In this document: piece by piece, positions 11,638-25,993 of the stretch
Position numbering within the stretch: the first letter of the stretch is position 1
Layout of the letters: every line of letters begins with the position of its first letter
Source of the DNA: Octopus sinensis
Taxonomy: Eukaryota
NCBI RefSeq assembly: GCF_006345805.1
Contig: NC_043006.1
Span: forward strand, 55,366,001-55,430,000
DNA length: 64,000 nt
Direction: 5' to 3'
Position numbers and translations under genes: made by a program
The notes under the pieces: generated by a model
Database searches by the model: none
What the model saw: the letters and a program-made list of their open reading frames with translations, nothing else
What the model was told of the DNA's origin: nothing

Positions 11638-12660
11638 ATATTAGGTTGTTTCACATGAAATGTATTTTAAAAGTAACAATAAAATGTTTCAGAAGTGTTA
11701 GAGAAGTGAATTATTCAATCAAAGCACGATCCATGTTCATTTATGACGTTTACCCAACGGTTCTCTATGTCACATACTCCATCTTTCAAAAAAATTCATC
11801 TTTTGCTGTGTCAAATCTGTCCGAATGCTTCAATTACCTCTTCTCTATTTAAGAATGTTTTATTACTTATGAAAAGCTCAAAATATTTAAATAAGTGATG
11901 ATCAGTAGGAGAGATATCAGGGGAATATGGAGAAGGTTGCAAAATCTCATAATTCCGGCTTTGCAACTTTTGGACAGTGTGAGGACGTGCATTGTCGGGG
12001 AGCAAAACTGGGCCATCTCTACTTTTCTGGCAGTACAATGTTACTGTTACTGTTTTTCCTTGTTGTAAAAATGAATAATGAATAACTCCCTTCACAGACC
12101 AATGCACTGACCACTATACAGTGACTTTTTGGGGTGCAATCATGGGTTTGGGTAGTGTTTAGGCGACTCTCCAGCATCTAATCACTGTCCTGTTCTCTTG
12201 CTGTTGTCAATGAGTATCCATTTCTCATTAGAAGTAACGATTTGATGCAAAAATGGTTATTTTTTTCCAGTCGAGAAAAGCAATGAGGACCACACTTCGA
12301 GCTGTCTGTTTTTTAATCTCGTTCATTTGATGTGGAACAAACCTATCTGTTTTCTTGACTTTTCCATTTTTTTCGAGTGTCCAAAAACAGTTGTGCGAGA
12401 TGTTTGGAGTTCTGATGAAAGTTTTCGAACCTTTGTTCTCGGATTTTGTTCAACCAAAGCATTTAATCCATCATGTGGATAAAACTGATTTTGGCCTACC
12501 TCTTGGTTTCTTTTCCGGAACGAGAGCTTTGGGATTTTCTCTGAACAGTTCTGATGTCAACAAAACCATTACCAAAGGCCCACTTGATATTTCGTAGAGC
12601 TTCAGCGGCAGAGTGACCCAGTTTGTACGCATACGAGAAAATCACTCAACATAGTTTGGT
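11638..12660 (-). mobile_element. Decayed mariner (DD34D) transposon
   Basis: ORF 11811-12107: WSVKGVIHYSFL..LLPDNARPH..PYSPDISPTDHHLF; TIR-like tattaggttg near 11640; right end not clearly found. Confidence 0.85.
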
Positions 12661-13077
12661 TGTTATCCTTTTCATTAGGTCTGTAGGTAGGCATTCTGTA
12701 TACCAATATTTTTGGGAAAGAAAAAAAGTCAAGATTAACTGCAAGGTATACATAATTGAGTTTTTAAATGATTGAAATAACAAATAATTAAAAAATAACT
12801 TAATATTATATTTTGGGTATATGTGATGTTCGTGTGTTTGTATGCTGAGGGAATTCATCGGGGTGTGGTGGGAGGCATATTTCTTCGATGTCTGGAGTAT
12901 GTGTTGTATTAATCCACCTCCGACGATAGAGCTCTTGCCATATTTCTATCCATATCGGCTTACTCTAATGAACGTCAGGTTATATAATCGGATTATTACC
13001 TAACAGTCCATTTTACTGCTTGCGCGAAACCGATAAGATCAACCGTGATGGATATATAATATATATTTCGGATAATT

Positions 13078-13190
<113 letters not shown>

Positions 13191-14031
13191 GCTATCTGTG
13201 TGTGTGTGTGGTGCATAATATTACTATTATATTAATGCAGTGTCTTATGAATCTATATCAGGAGACATATACTTGTATGGATATCTTATCTATCATACAA
13301 ATGTATATACAAACACCTCAGTGTGCCACATAAAACTGAGACGTACATAAGAGTACTGAGATGGTTGAAAACACGCGAACATATTCACAAATAGAAATAC
13401 ATACAATCATGTGCACGAACACAGACCCAAGAATAAATATAGATTCACAAACATGTTTCTTCGGAAATGCATGCACATGAACGTACAAGTAGGCAGACAA
13501 ACACACACACACACATTTATGAAACTCAACACAATTATTTCCCTAACTGTAAAAAACGAAAAGTCAATAATGAAGCCCTAATGGATTTTTGGGTGTTTTT
13601 CATGATACAGAAAAAAGTGAAGTAGTGATTTTAGACGTGGGAATTTAGGTGTTTAATTTGACGCTTTTAGAGTAAAATGTGTCGTAATTTTATCTCTCTC
13701 TATATATCATAATCATAGAACATCTTTTGCTATCAGGAATTGTACACAGAAAACATTTGTTGCACCATTTTGTTTCTGTCTCTTTCGATGTGAACAAGTT
13801 TCCGTAGCAGAGTGTAGTAGTTGATGTTGCTGGATAATCCTATGTTAACACTCTGATCAATAAGACCTATAGTCAAAGTGTTCCAATCACGACCATCCCT
13901 CCATATTGCATTGTCCACGTTTTGATGGTAGGGTGTAATTTGAGAAACGTTTCATAGCTATTTTTAGAAGACATTCTTTTAATTAGACAAAAGAAAATTT
14001 TTTCGCCAGGATGCAATTGGATTGAACCCAG

Positions 14032-14033
14032 TA

Positions 14034-14103
<70 letters not shown>

Positions 14104-14591
14104 GTGTGAGAGAGCAGTGCATGCCATCAAAGTGACACTGGGGTAAAATATACAAAGCCCAGTATACCCATCACGACTACCCGTCTGATAAGGGTACACC
14201 AGGCACATGCATCACAACCATGTATGCGCGACATGGTGATCTCATAACAAGATAAACAGCGCATGACCTTGCGGGTGGGGCCCAGTTAGAATTTTCTTCA
14301 GGTCGGGTAACACATCCCACTCAAAAGGTCCCTGATTAAGGGTTGTTTAAGGATGTTGAATGAAACACCTATGTTTCCAGAGGTGAATTATTCAAACCGC
14401 AAAGAATCCCTCTCAACACATGGCTATGATGCTCCCCCAGTACTTCTGCTTGTGATCAGAGATGCACATATCGTCAGCCACTAAGGGACACGCTCAACTG
14501 GTTAAGGTGAAACAACTGACAAGCAAATCTGTGGTATTGAGCAGAATATTTGCTGTAGCCCATCTTTTATACCAAGACAAAACAATGTACA

Positions 14592-14640
<49 letters not shown>
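14032..14640 (-). mobile_element. Element A (5'-truncated, 14104-14590) embedded between two (ATT)n tracts
   Basis: High identity to 1619-2058; (ATT)n at 14032-14103 and 14591-14640. Confidence 0.9.
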
Positions 14641-14641
<1 letters not shown>

Positions 14642-14821
14642 GTATTAACATCAGCTATATAGCATATGTAATCGACTTGCTTTCTCTGTCCAGCAGAATT
14701 TAAAACCTATCTGTCTAGATTGATTTGTTATTGTTATGAGTTCAAATCCATAAGAAGTTTTCTTCATTTTTCTTATCTTCCTAGCTCAATCATAATCGGT
14801 CGCAGAATAATAATAATAATT

Positions 14822-15029
14822 TCAAATTTTGGCACATGGCCAGCCATATCGGGGGAGGGTGAACCGATTACATCGACCCCAGTGCACAACTAGTACTTAT
14901 TTTATCGACTCCGAGTGGAGGAAAAGCGAAGTCGATCTCGGCGGAATTTGATCTCAGAACATAAGGACAAACAAAATGCCGCTAAGCATTTTGCTGGGCT
15001 TGCTAACGATTCTGCCAACTCGCTGCCTT
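14822..15029 (-). mobile_element. SINE S3
   Basis: Reverse match to 16887-17106. Confidence 0.85.
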
Positions 15030-15030
15030 C

Positions 15031-15043
15031 AATAATAATAACA

Positions 15044-15126
<83 letters not shown>
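15031..15126. repeat. (AAT)n microsatellite
   Basis: Direct reading. Confidence 0.97.
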
Positions 15127-15130
<4 letters not shown>

Positions 15131-15149
15131 GAGGCAGCTGGAATTAAGC

Positions 15150-16451
15150 ATAACGATATGAAAGACAAGACAAAGAAAGAGTAATTGCGGCGAGTGAGAA
15201 AAAAACGATTGGTTTTAAAACTGAATGCCAGAAACATTATTTTGTTTCGGCAATAAACTTGTGCACAGTTGCAGTAGTTCCGAAGTGGACAGACGAAGAG
15301 CTAGAAAAATTGGATAGGGAGACAAGAAAGCTTCGTACGATCATGGAACTTATCATCCACGTGCAGATACTGATCACCTATATATGAAGAGAGCAAATGG
15401 AGGAAAGGAACTGATAGGTGTGGAAGGCCGTGTACATATCGAACTCTGGAGTTTATTGAGATAATTATCCCAATGTAAGGAAACCTTGATAGTGTCTGTT
15501 AGAAATGAGGAAGTATTGAAAGCAGTGAAAGCAGAGAAAAAAGGGAAAACAAAGCAAGGAATATCCAAAATGATATGAAGATGCATTACACAACAAGGGA
15601 CTATATAAACAATTCCATGTAGCCACAACTGAAGTTTCTGTAAACCGTACGTGGTATTGACTGAAGAAAGAGAGCACTATACTGACAGTGGAAGACCAAG
15701 CTTTGGCCACAAATTGGAGGGTTAACCTTTGGAATGAGCAAGTGTTTCCACTGTGTCGCATGTATAAAAGGATGGACGAAACCGTTTCTCATATCCCGAA
15801 CGAATGCACTAGACATAACCAATAACCATTACAAGTTGTGGCGACACGATGAGATAGCGAAAGTGCTACATTAGAAACTGTGCAAAAAGTGGTGTCTAGA
15901 AAGAGGCAAGAGGTGGTATGAGCACAAACCGCAAAGAGTGGCGGAGTTGGAGATCTGCAAATTCCTGTGGGATTTCCCAATCCAAACTGATCAAGTGCTA
16001 GAGTATAACTAACCAGACCTTGTGGTGGTGAACAAAGTGCACAACATATGCTATACAGTTGATATTGCGTGCCTGTTTGACGCACGGATAGTCAAGAAAG
16101 AAAGCGAAACGATAGATAAATACAACCCTCTTAAGTACGAAATAACCTGGCTATGGAAAATGAAGATTGTGAAGATAGTGCCAATTATTGCTGGGTACTT
16201 GAGGACAGAATCAGAAGGCATCAAATGGAATATAAAAAATCGGAACAGAGTGCCAGTAGAACTGTTGCAAAAGGTTTGCCTCTTTGTCGCTGCCAGAATA
16301 ATCGAAAAAGTATTAGTTGAAAAGAAAATATACCATGGTACCGTAGGCTGCATGCAGCAAGCCCGCTACGCATATAAAACTCCTTTAGGTCTAACAAAAC
16401 CTGAGTTAAAAAAGAACCACAACATCAACAACACCAATAATAATAATAATT
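15150..16451 (+). pseudogene. Second R4/Dong-like retrotransposon, 5'-truncated (post-RT region, CCHC, RLE), ending in (AAT)n
   Basis: KWTDEELEKLDRETRK, HPRADTDHLYMKRANGGKEL, PLCRMY..ETVSHI..C, RHDEIAKVLH, WDFPIQTD..PDLVVVNK..TVDIAC..DKY; tail aataataataataat at 16437-16451. Confidence 0.9.
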
Positions 16452-16454
16452 CAA

Positions 16455-16860
16455 GGGTCAAGGCTTGAAATTTCGTGAGAGAGGACTAGTCAATTAAATC
16501 GAACTCAGCATTCCACTAGTGCTTAATTTATTGACCCCGAAAGGATGAAGTGCAAAGTCGACCTCGGTGGAATTTCAACTAAAAAAATAAGGTTGGAATA
16601 AATACAAATAATATTTATTTCTACGAATGGCATGGAATCTGAAACTTTGGGCGAGGGTCTTAGTCAATTAGATGGACCCCAATGATTAATTCGTACTTGG
16701 TTTATCGACCCCAAAATGATGAAAGGCAAAGTCGAAGTTGGTGGAATTTGAACTAGGAATGCAAAGTCCGAAGAAATGCCAATAATTCTTTGCACTAAAG
16801 GCACTGGGCCTAAAATTTTGGAGGAGGGTCTGGTCTATTACAGTGTACAACTGGTTATTA
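16455..16860 (-). mobile_element. Three stacked truncated SINE S3 fragments
   Basis: Repeated gaccccgaaaggatgaa..aaagtcgac..ggaattt segments. Confidence 0.75.
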
Positions 16861-16886
16861 TTTCATCAAGTGATATGTTTAAAGGT

Positions 16887-17106
16887 CTGAAGGCGGTGAG
16901 CTGGCAGAAACGTTAGCACGCCGGGCAAAATGCGTAATGGTATTTTTTGTCTGTCTTTACGTTCTGAGTTCAAATTCCACCGAAGTCGACTTTACCTTTC
17001 ATCCTTTCGGGGTCGATAAATTAAGTACCAGTTGCGTACTGGAGTCGATCAAATCGACTGGCCCCTTCCCCCAAAATTTCGGGCCTTGTGCCTAGAGTAG
17101 AAAAGA
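16887..17106 (+). mobile_element. Full-length SINE S3 with 14-bp TSD
   Basis: ggcggtgagctggcagaaacg..gagttcaaattcc (B-box-like); ATATGTTTAAAGGT at 16873-16886 and 17107-17120. Confidence 0.92.
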
Positions 17107-17241
17107 ATATGTTTAAAGGTTTCTAGTTTAAGGTTTTGTTTCATCATTGTATATTTGTGCCTACTGATATAGATTTCCTTGTGTTCACTCATACACACAC
17201 ATGTATACATCTTTATTGATATACACAAAAATTTATTATTA

Positions 17242-17276
<35 letters not shown>

Positions 17277-17318
17277 CGAATGTATACATATACGAATATA
17301 TATACTTAATAACTACGT

Positions 17319-17354
<36 letters not shown>

Positions 17355-17516
17355 GTTCTGGTATGCAGAAGACCCCAAATGGCAGGTAATGCAATGTAAG
17401 TGTTACGGAAGGACCGTAGTTAGACTCTTGGTTCAATAACAGCATGAGTAATGCTGTTATATATATGTAGGTATGTACATATATGTATGTCTATATGCAT
17501 ATATTTATATTTTATT

Positions 17517-17588
<72 letters not shown>

Positions 17589-17693
17589 GGCGATATAGAA
17601 AGATAGATTGATAGATCGACATATAGTTCTGCTTGCTATGTAGGTTTATTCTTAATATCTTTCCTTCTTTGATTTATCGTTTTTACGATAAAT

Positions 17694-17732
<39 letters not shown>

Positions 17733-17756
17733 CATACACACAAACATATAACTACG

Positions 17757-17831
<75 letters not shown>

Positions 17832-18268
17832 AATATATATATTTGTACATATGTATGTATATATGTATATATATATATATATAGTTCTGCCTGTTATGCA
17901 TGTTTACTTTTCATATTTCTCCTTTTCTGATTTATCGTTTTTACCTATCCCATCCTTATTTCGAATGCATAGTTTTCATTAAATTTGCAAGCCTAAATTA
18001 CATATGATTCTTGTATGCTAAGATTTTTTTTCTGCGTCTCTCTCTCGTTTTTCAATATTTCTCCCATCTGCTACTCATTCGATTTAATCTAAAATGAGAC
18101 AATTTCTACCACCGGTAATCTTATGTATTTGAATGCATTTTACATGTCAAACGTTGGATTTTTTAATTTTTTATTATCTGTGACGTGTAAATTGATGCAT
18201 ATTTTAATTCGTATGCCTCTGAGAAAATGCTTCTGCATTGAAATAATTGTGCGACTGTAATGTACTTA

Positions 18269-18349
<81 letters not shown>

Positions 18350-18659
18350 GTCAGTATTTGTCTTTCTGCCTGTTTTTGTCTGTCTGTCTGTTTACCTGTC
18401 TGCCTGCCTCTCCCACCCTCTCTCTATCTCTATCTATCTATCCACACAAACATATGTATACCTACATAAATATCGACATACGCACACACATAAACATAGA
18501 CAAATGGTTCAGCTTTTGGTAATTCGTTCCTGAACGCACACAGGTATTTAGGAAATATATGTATTTAGTAAGAATTCTTTCCAAAATCGCAACATGCATA
18601 TTTGAAATTAACTATTTCAAATGCTTTACGAAGGGTAGCATTGGCGCAGAAAAGTAAAA

Positions 18660-18880
18660 TTATGCTATCTTTCATCGGCTTGTATCCAGAGTTGTGATGT
18701 AGGTCCTCTTTGGCATTTTCTCTGGGAAAGGCCAGCCTCATTACGTTGAAAAACCTGCCAAGATCAAAATTAACTTCTTCACGAGTTCACAAAACACATC
18801 ATGCTATTTATTCTACAGTGACTTTGACAGATATGGCAAATTCACCATGTTCCACTACACTGCGAATATCCGATCGTTTT
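18660..18880 (-). pseudogene. Tigger/pogo transposase fragment
   Basis: Minus strand DIRSVVEHGEFA.. and FFN..EKMPKRTYIT, matching the Tigger GEAAS..FNCDETGLFWKKMPKRTYIT region. Confidence 0.65.
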
Positions 18881-18991
18881 GAAATGATTTGAATATCCGA
18901 ATATTTTAAAAAATGATTTGAGCCTTAGTTTTGAATTTACTATCACCGTGGGTAATGGGAGCGTCTCTCTTAAGCTGTTTTCAAATAAATT

Positions 18992-19255
18992 TACGAGGTA
19001 GTATCAAAACGTTCCCGGACTAGTTCGGTAGCGAACCAACAGATGGTATCACACAGTTGCGTGCGCAGTGAGGCTAGCAGTGACCTTTATGAGACAGTGT
19101 GCCGAGTGCCGAGTTGGGAAATTTGTGATTTTGTGATCACGTGTATGCTGTAGTCTACGATTTTGTCATGGATAGAAACGAAGAGCCAATGTGAAATTTT
19201 GCGTTAAATTTGGAAAGCCTGCTTCACAGACATTGGGCATGCTTCGGCAAGCTTC
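18992..19255 (+). mobile_element. Mariner 5' end fragment
   Basis: tacgagg..aaaacgttcccggac TIR-like start; degenerate N-terminus ..ANVKFCVKFGKPASQTLGMLRQA. Confidence 0.7.
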
Positions 19256-19582
19256 AAAAGCGGGAGAACGCCCCTGGAAGAACATAAAGGTATAAATAAT
19301 AGCGTATAGAAATTGTGTTAAAACAACTTGGATAGAAAAACTCGAAGGCAGCCCATGGACACGAACTCACTTCTGTAAATATGACAGACGTTATACCATT
19401 GTACCAAAGGAATCTTTTAAATTTCTCCATCCACTTTAGAAGCTTTATTCTTGGCAGAGAGAATTTGTTATTTACGTTATAAAAATCTAGGAACTTCGGG
19501 AGACATCAAATAATGCGTCTTTTTCTTTTTACAACGGTAACAGCTGAAGGAGATAAAGTAAAATAATGATTTCTTCTCTATG

Positions 19583-19963
19583 CACAAAACCCTTGAAAAG
19601 TTTTGTGTATTAGTCGATTAGATCGACCCTAGTGCATAACTGACACTTATTTCATCGAGCTCGAAAGGATGCAAGGCAAAGTCGACCACGGCGGAATTTG
19701 AACTCAGAATGTAGCGACAGACGAAATACCTATTTCTTTACTACCCACAAGGGGCTAAACACAGAGGGGACGAACAGGGACAGACACACGGATTAAGTCG
19801 ATTACATCGACCCCAGTGCGTAACTGGTACTTAATTTATCGACCCCGAAAGGATGAAAGGCAAAGTCGACCTCGACGGAATTTGAACTCAGAATGTAACG
19901 GCAGACGAAATACGGCTACGCATTTCGCCCGGCGTGCTAACGATTCTGCCAGCTCACCGCCTT
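19583..19963 (-). mobile_element. Two abutting SINE S3 copies (one variant tail)
   Basis: Core gcaaagtcgac..ggaatttgaactcagaatg occurs twice; head ends cagctcaccgcc at about 19960. Confidence 0.85.
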
Positions 19964-20011
19964 CTTAAAACTATAAATAATAATCCAATATTTATACGCC
20001 TTTAATTATAA

Positions 20012-21530
20012 CAGTGGTCCCCAAACTTACTCAGGAAGCCGCTTCCTTGGCACCCAGACCACATTTCTAGCGCACCCATACCCACCACACACTATCACAA
20101 GTATAGATCTCCTTCTACTACAAATTCAAAATAACCGTAGTTCACAAATAAAACTTAACCTAATAAATCCATTATTTTGCTGTTTTATGAAAGGGCAAAT
20201 TTACATCTTACCTGTAACTATATTGTTTTCATATTTCTAATGCAATGGGTGATATCAACTTCTCGAAACTCAGCTGAGAGATGCTAAGAAGTAGACTTAG
20301 ATCATTGAGTTCAGTAATTTTCAGTCTGTTTCTTTGCTTAGAAAGAATCTTGGCAACTGCATGAAGCCTCATCGTTACAAAATATGCTGGAAATGCAATA
20401 AAGTACATCTTGACTTTGTTCCAAAGTGCAGGGTGGCAGTGAGGAATGACATTTTGCAATCGAAAATCTAAACGTGAATTTTTGAACCTTGGCCAATATT
20501 GCTTTAAAGTAAAACCAGTTCTTCCTCCACTATTCTTGCTTCCTCATTACTAATAATTAGGAATCACCCAGGCTGGTCTTTTAATTAAAAAATACCCTGA
20601 TATCTATCAGTCATAACTCTGTGCGCTTCATCCGGATGTGAAAGCTATACTTAAATGCTATCTTCTGGTATGCACTTATCCTTCTGCAATTCAGAGAGGC
20701 TCGGAGACTGGAAGAACTAACGACGGCTTATGTTACATTTGAATACCTGTAACTGCGATGATTTTACTTTGATAAGCTTTAACCTCATCTCCTTGCAGTT
20801 GCAAATTGACATAATTGAACTCTGTGAATATATCTGCCATACAAAGCAATGTTATACTTGATGCTTCTTGGATCATCACAAAGAAAAGAACAAGTGTCTT
20901 CCAAGAATTTGACAGCTGTTTTAGAAAGGAAATAGAAAATTTCAGGCAGTTTTCCTTTACAACCACCGAACTTCTATGTGCAACAACAAGCGTTCAAAAT
21001 CTTTATCATTCTCAGTACAGAGCTGTTGAAACAGTGGGGAATAGTGAGCATGGTACCTTGGTTTTATTTACTGATCCGGTAACAGTGCTTAATGATTTGT
21101 TAAGTCTACTACTTAGGTTACTTGCAACCAGATGTTGCCTGTGCATTATAGAGTGCGCTCTAAACACGCTAAGTATAACTTTTTCAATAAACTGTCGAAG
21201 CTGCGATAGCAATCTACCATCGATGGTGTCTCACCTATTGCTCAAACACAAAATATTGACTCCTCTTTTATATCTGTTCCTAGTTGTCTTACAAATAATA
21301 GCTTGTGAACTACACACTAATCTTTGACCAAGCAAACACAAGCAAGAAACATACTTTTATTGCTTGGCAAAAGGGAATAATCTAACTGCAGGCTGAGTTT
21401 CCTTGTTGTAAGTATGTTGCTCAATATATCTTCAATTTTAAAGTATTTCACATTTTGAAATATTTGTAATACGCACTTTAAGAGAAAACTTTCATACTTC
21501 CACTTCGTCATTTTAAATTTTCCGATTAAA
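20012..21530 (-). mobile_element. Decayed hAT (Charlie/Buster, ZBED5-like) transposon
   Basis: TIR-like cagtggtccccaaact at 20012; peptides LSLQLDYSLLPSN, HSIMHRQHLVASNLS..VNK, ADIF..NLQLQGDEV. Confidence 0.8.
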
Positions 21531-23145
21531 ATCCCTAAAAAGGAAAACAATCGAGAAATTCTGATTTATGCGTATCGTTTCCAAATTTTTTTTCTATAAA
21601 AATACGAATTATAAGGGTTTCAAAATGTGAAATACTGCATGACGTAAAATGATGCAAAAGAAGTTGTGATTTGTGATTCGTAGATACGATGAGGGGATGG
21701 GTAAACTTTTAAAAAAGCATGGATTAAGAAGTTTTAAAATAATATCCGTCAGCGAATATTTTGAAATGTGTATTTCGAATACACATTATAAAATGAGTAT
21801 TTTGAAATGAGTATTTTGAATATAGTATTTTGAATACTATAAAATGTGGAAAAATCCAGAAACCTCGCCGCGAGAAATTCCGATTTATGAAAGAGAACTA
21901 TTCTGAAAGTCCGACAAATACAATTTGAATGTCTTTTTGTAAGTTCATAATGATAGAGTTTCTAAAATATAAACTTGAAAAAAGTGTGGAAAACAATTAA
22001 AAACAACAAAAAATCGAGCTGGTTAAATGGTGAACCTCAGTTCGAATCCTACTTCGATAACGCAAACTCCACCAATTCTAAAACAAAATTGTTAAAGTAT
22101 GTAAGATACGTAAGCACACATAAGGTATGTATCACAAACACACACACATGCGGACGTGCATATATATATATATTTATGTATACGCATATATACGAATAAA
22201 TGCATATACAACATACTTAGATACATACACATATACCCGTAAACATCTACACAAATGTGTATGTGTGTGCGTGTGCGTGCGTATGTGTGTGCGTGCGTAT
22301 GTGTGTGTGTGTGTGTGTGTGTGCGTGTGTATACGTGCGTATGTGCGTATTTATAGCCTTAGTAGGCTGCTTCTCCACTCACTATTTTCTTGGGATTTTG
22401 GTGAGCAGAATAACGACACGCTTCACTACCGACGCCAAACATTAATCCACTTGTTTGGACTAACAATTTTTCTAATATTGTGTCTTGGGAGAGGGTCATT
22501 ACGCCAATTATAACACATGTATAGGTTCAATTCTTCAATTCCACTACTTCATTGTTAGTCAATTCGTTACATATCTAACCAGCTAACTAATCATTTAATG
22601 TGTTGGTTAAACAATCAATCAGTTGTTTGTCCGCGATCTTTTCAGTGACTTATTGACCCTCTCTCTTGCTGCAAGGTCTGCAAGCTCTGTTCTGTGTCTG
22701 TCTGAGAATTGGTCTTATGCATGTGTGTATGCATGCTTTTATGTGTGTATGTAGATATGTATTTGCTTAGAAAAGAAGGTAAGGGTGAGAGTAAGCGAAA
22801 AGTGTGCGTGTGTGTACATGCACATGTGATCTACAGCATAAAGTGCATGGAGGGGGATTGTAAGAATTGGAATACGAATAGATTGGGGAAACTTCTAGGA
22901 GTTAAGCGGAAAGACTAAATGAAACTGGCGTGAGTATAATGACAAGTAACAGTCGTGTACATTCTGTCACCGTGCCAGGAATCAACATGGTGGCATGTTG
23001 AACTAAATTAAGATCGATATTTTGTCTAAACACCAAGTGACCCGTCGTTTAGGCAAATATGCGAGAATGTCCTCATAACTGAAATATTACCAGCACCGAA
23101 GCGAAAACATACATTGTAGGCAGTAGAACTTCAGCGCCACTGTTA

Positions 23146-23198
<53 letters not shown>

Positions 23199-23584
23199 AT
23201 GCATCCATTGGTGCGGCTGTGTGAGTAGATGGGCATATATGTAGCAGTATAGGCAGGTACATAAAGGATAGGGTTAGGACGACAGTAGGGTGCATATAAG
23301 TCCATATAAATAAATACATGTAAATATGGACAGTTCGCGTACACAACCCATACACATCCAAGCAAGCATACACCCGTGCGTGAGCACTCATGTAGTCGTA
23401 GGTAGGGAAAATGACAGAATACGAAGGAATCAATAGAAATAAATAGATATAACTGAACATTTCCTATACACAACCATGCGGTCGTATACATCCACGCACA
23501 AGCACAGACGAAACGCACACGCGCGCTGGTAAACATATAGATATGCAGGAACACTGGAACACAACAACATCTCCTTGAAGGGGT

Positions 23585-23737
23585 TTTAGTCGAACAACAA
23601 GTTATTTTTTAAAGCTTAGTACTTATTCTCTGGTTCTCTTTTGACGAACCGTTAAGTTACAGGAACGGAAGCACAGCAACAGCGGGTGTCAAGCGGTGGT
23701 GGGGGACATACACAGATACAAAGACACACACACACAC

Positions 23738-23797
<60 letters not shown>

Positions 23798-23927
23798 AAA
23801 CACATACAGATACACACACACAAACACACATATACATACGACGGCTTCTTTCAGTCTCCGTCTAACAATGTCATAGAGGGTGACTGAACCCGGCGTCATG
23901 TGGTTGGGAAGCAAGCTTCTTACCACA
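23585..23927 (-). mobile_element. SINE S1, internally deleted
   Basis: Reverse S1 head (ctgaacccgg..gggaagcaagcttcttaccacac) and tail. Confidence 0.8.
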
Positions 23928-23951
23928 CACACACACACACACACATACACA

Positions 23952-24173
23952 TATGGGGACGCTGCTGAAAAGTCCTGGTTTTAAGGGTGTCGTGAAAAGC
24001 CTGGCTGGAGACTTAAAGTTCCGAGTTTTTTTTACAGGGCTTCGAAAACTTGAACGATCGTTGTAATAACTGTGTGAGTCTGAGAGGAGAATATGCTGAA
24101 TAAGATCATAATTAACTGATCCTCCTGTATTTTCTTTTACCCCAAACCAGGAACTTTTCAACACTTCATCGTA
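23952..24173 (+). mobile_element. Mariner-derived MITE
   Basis: TIRs gctgaaaagtcctgg / ccaggaacttttcaac; retains transposase C-terminus DRCNNCVSLRGEYAE*. Confidence 0.75.
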
Positions 24174-24182
24174 TATACATAT

Positions 24183-24586
24183 CTTTTACTCCTTTACTTG
24201 TTTCAGTCATTTGACTGCGGCCATGCTGGAGCACCGCCTTTAGTCGAGAAAATCGAGCAAATCGACCCCAGGACTTATTCTTTGAAAGCCTAGTACTTAT
24301 TCTATCGGTCTATTTTGCCGAACCGCTAGGTTACAGGGACGTAAACACACCACCATCGGTTGTCAAGCGATGCTGGGGGACAAACACAGACACACAAACA
24401 TACACACACACATACATATATATACGACAGGCTTCTTTCAGTTTCCGTCTACCAAATCCACTCACAAGGCTTTGGTTGGCCCGAGGCTATAGTAGGAGAC
24501 ACTCGTCCAAGGTGCCACGCAGTGGGACTGAACCCGGAACCACGTGGTTGGTAAGCAAGCTACTTACCACACAGCCACGAGCGCGC
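24183..24586 (-). mobile_element. Full-length SINE S1
   Basis: Complete reverse match: head, core, (TG)n spacer, tail. Confidence 0.92.
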
Positions 24587-24632
24587 ATGTGTGTGTCTGA
24601 GTGTGTGTGTGTATGTGTGCATGTGTGTGTGC

Positions 24633-25920
24633 ATTGGGTCATCCCATAAATAATGCGGTTTTTTAATATTTTTATTTTTCAGAATTACGATAAACAAAGT
24701 TCCTTTTTAATCTAAAACATACTCTCATTTTCTATAATGCTCTTCCATGTATCTGGTAGACATGCAAAGCCCCTATGCAAAGACATGCAAAGACATGCAA
24801 AGACATGCAAAGACATGCAAAGCTTCTAAAATTCACATATCCGAGACGAAAATTAATCCTCCGCTACTGTTCTGACCTTGTCTGCAGAATTCATATTTTT
24901 TCCGTCTAAATGATTTTGAAGGCTGCGAAATAAGTGATAACCAGATGGGGCAATGTCCAGTGAATATGGTGAGTGGGGCATCGTTTTTCATTCTAACTGC
25001 TCCAGACTTCGTAATGTCATCCTCGCTGTATATCGCCGAGCATTATCCTGATGGAAGAACACCTTTCGTCTTGACACCAATGATGGTCGCACGCAGTAGA
25101 TATCCTTTGTTATCGTTTGGTTTGGGTTTAAAAGTTCAAAGCGGACTAAACCTTTCATATCCCAACAAACAGATAACAATACCTTACATGGATGAAGACC
25201 TTTAGCCTTGGGTGCCGGTCTCTCTCCTTTCCCTACCCATTGTCTTCAGCGCTTGACATTTTTATAGAGAACCCATCTGTTGTCAGCAGTCAGTATTCGG
25301 TCCAAAAAAGGTTCATTCGTAAGACGCAACAGCAAAGAGGAGCGCACATTCACTCCCTGCACGCAATTAGACTCGGAAAGTTTATGAGAAACCCAATGAC
25401 CCAATTTGCTGACTTCAGATTGTACTCAGGTATCGATGAATGGTTGAATGACCAAATCCATGCTTCTGTGCTAGTTCCTCAGCAGTTACGATGGGATTTT
25501 GTTCCACCAAGGTTTGCAGGACATTCTCATCGAACTCTACAAATCTTCCAGGGCGAGGCTCGTCTTATAGATTGTAGTTTCCGGCTCGGAATTTCTGGAA
25601 TCACCGTTGAGACTAGCTTATACGTATTTTCCGATCCCCATATACTGCATTAATATTCCTCGCACTTTTCGTTGCGTTGCTGCCTTTATTGAACTCATAG
25701 AGCAAAATATGCCAAATATGCTCCTTTGACACTTCCATTATAGCTTTGAAAAAAAAAAAACTATTAAGTTCGAACTGCATTTATCAAAACTTGCACTAAA
25801 AGTAAGGTAAAATTACTACCTGCTTTTATAGCAAGTTGATGCAAGTAGTTTAACCCGTCTCCCTCGTCTTTTAGTTCATGCAATTGAAAAAAAATCGTAT
25901 TATTTATGGGATGATACATT
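24633..25920 (-). mobile_element. Full-length decayed mariner transposon (about 1.29 kb)
   Basis: TIRs attgggtcatcccataaataatgcgg / cgtattatttatgggatgatacatt; MLSVCWDMKGLVRFELL..FHQDNARRYTA; internal (AAGACATGCA)n at about 24780-24822. Confidence 0.9.
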
Positions 25921-25993
25921 ATATATACATACATTCACATATATATTATATATTATATATAAATGTAATGTGTGATAATTATACGGTAGCCAT

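Noticed and set aside
12961-13040. HHR-like CTAATGA..GAAACCGATA
   Set aside because: G5 and helix III are mutated and helix I has only 2 bp; at most a fossil
24770-24822. Regular (AAGACATGCA)n repeat
   Set aside because: Simple tandem slippage inside a mariner; no spacers, not CRISPR-like
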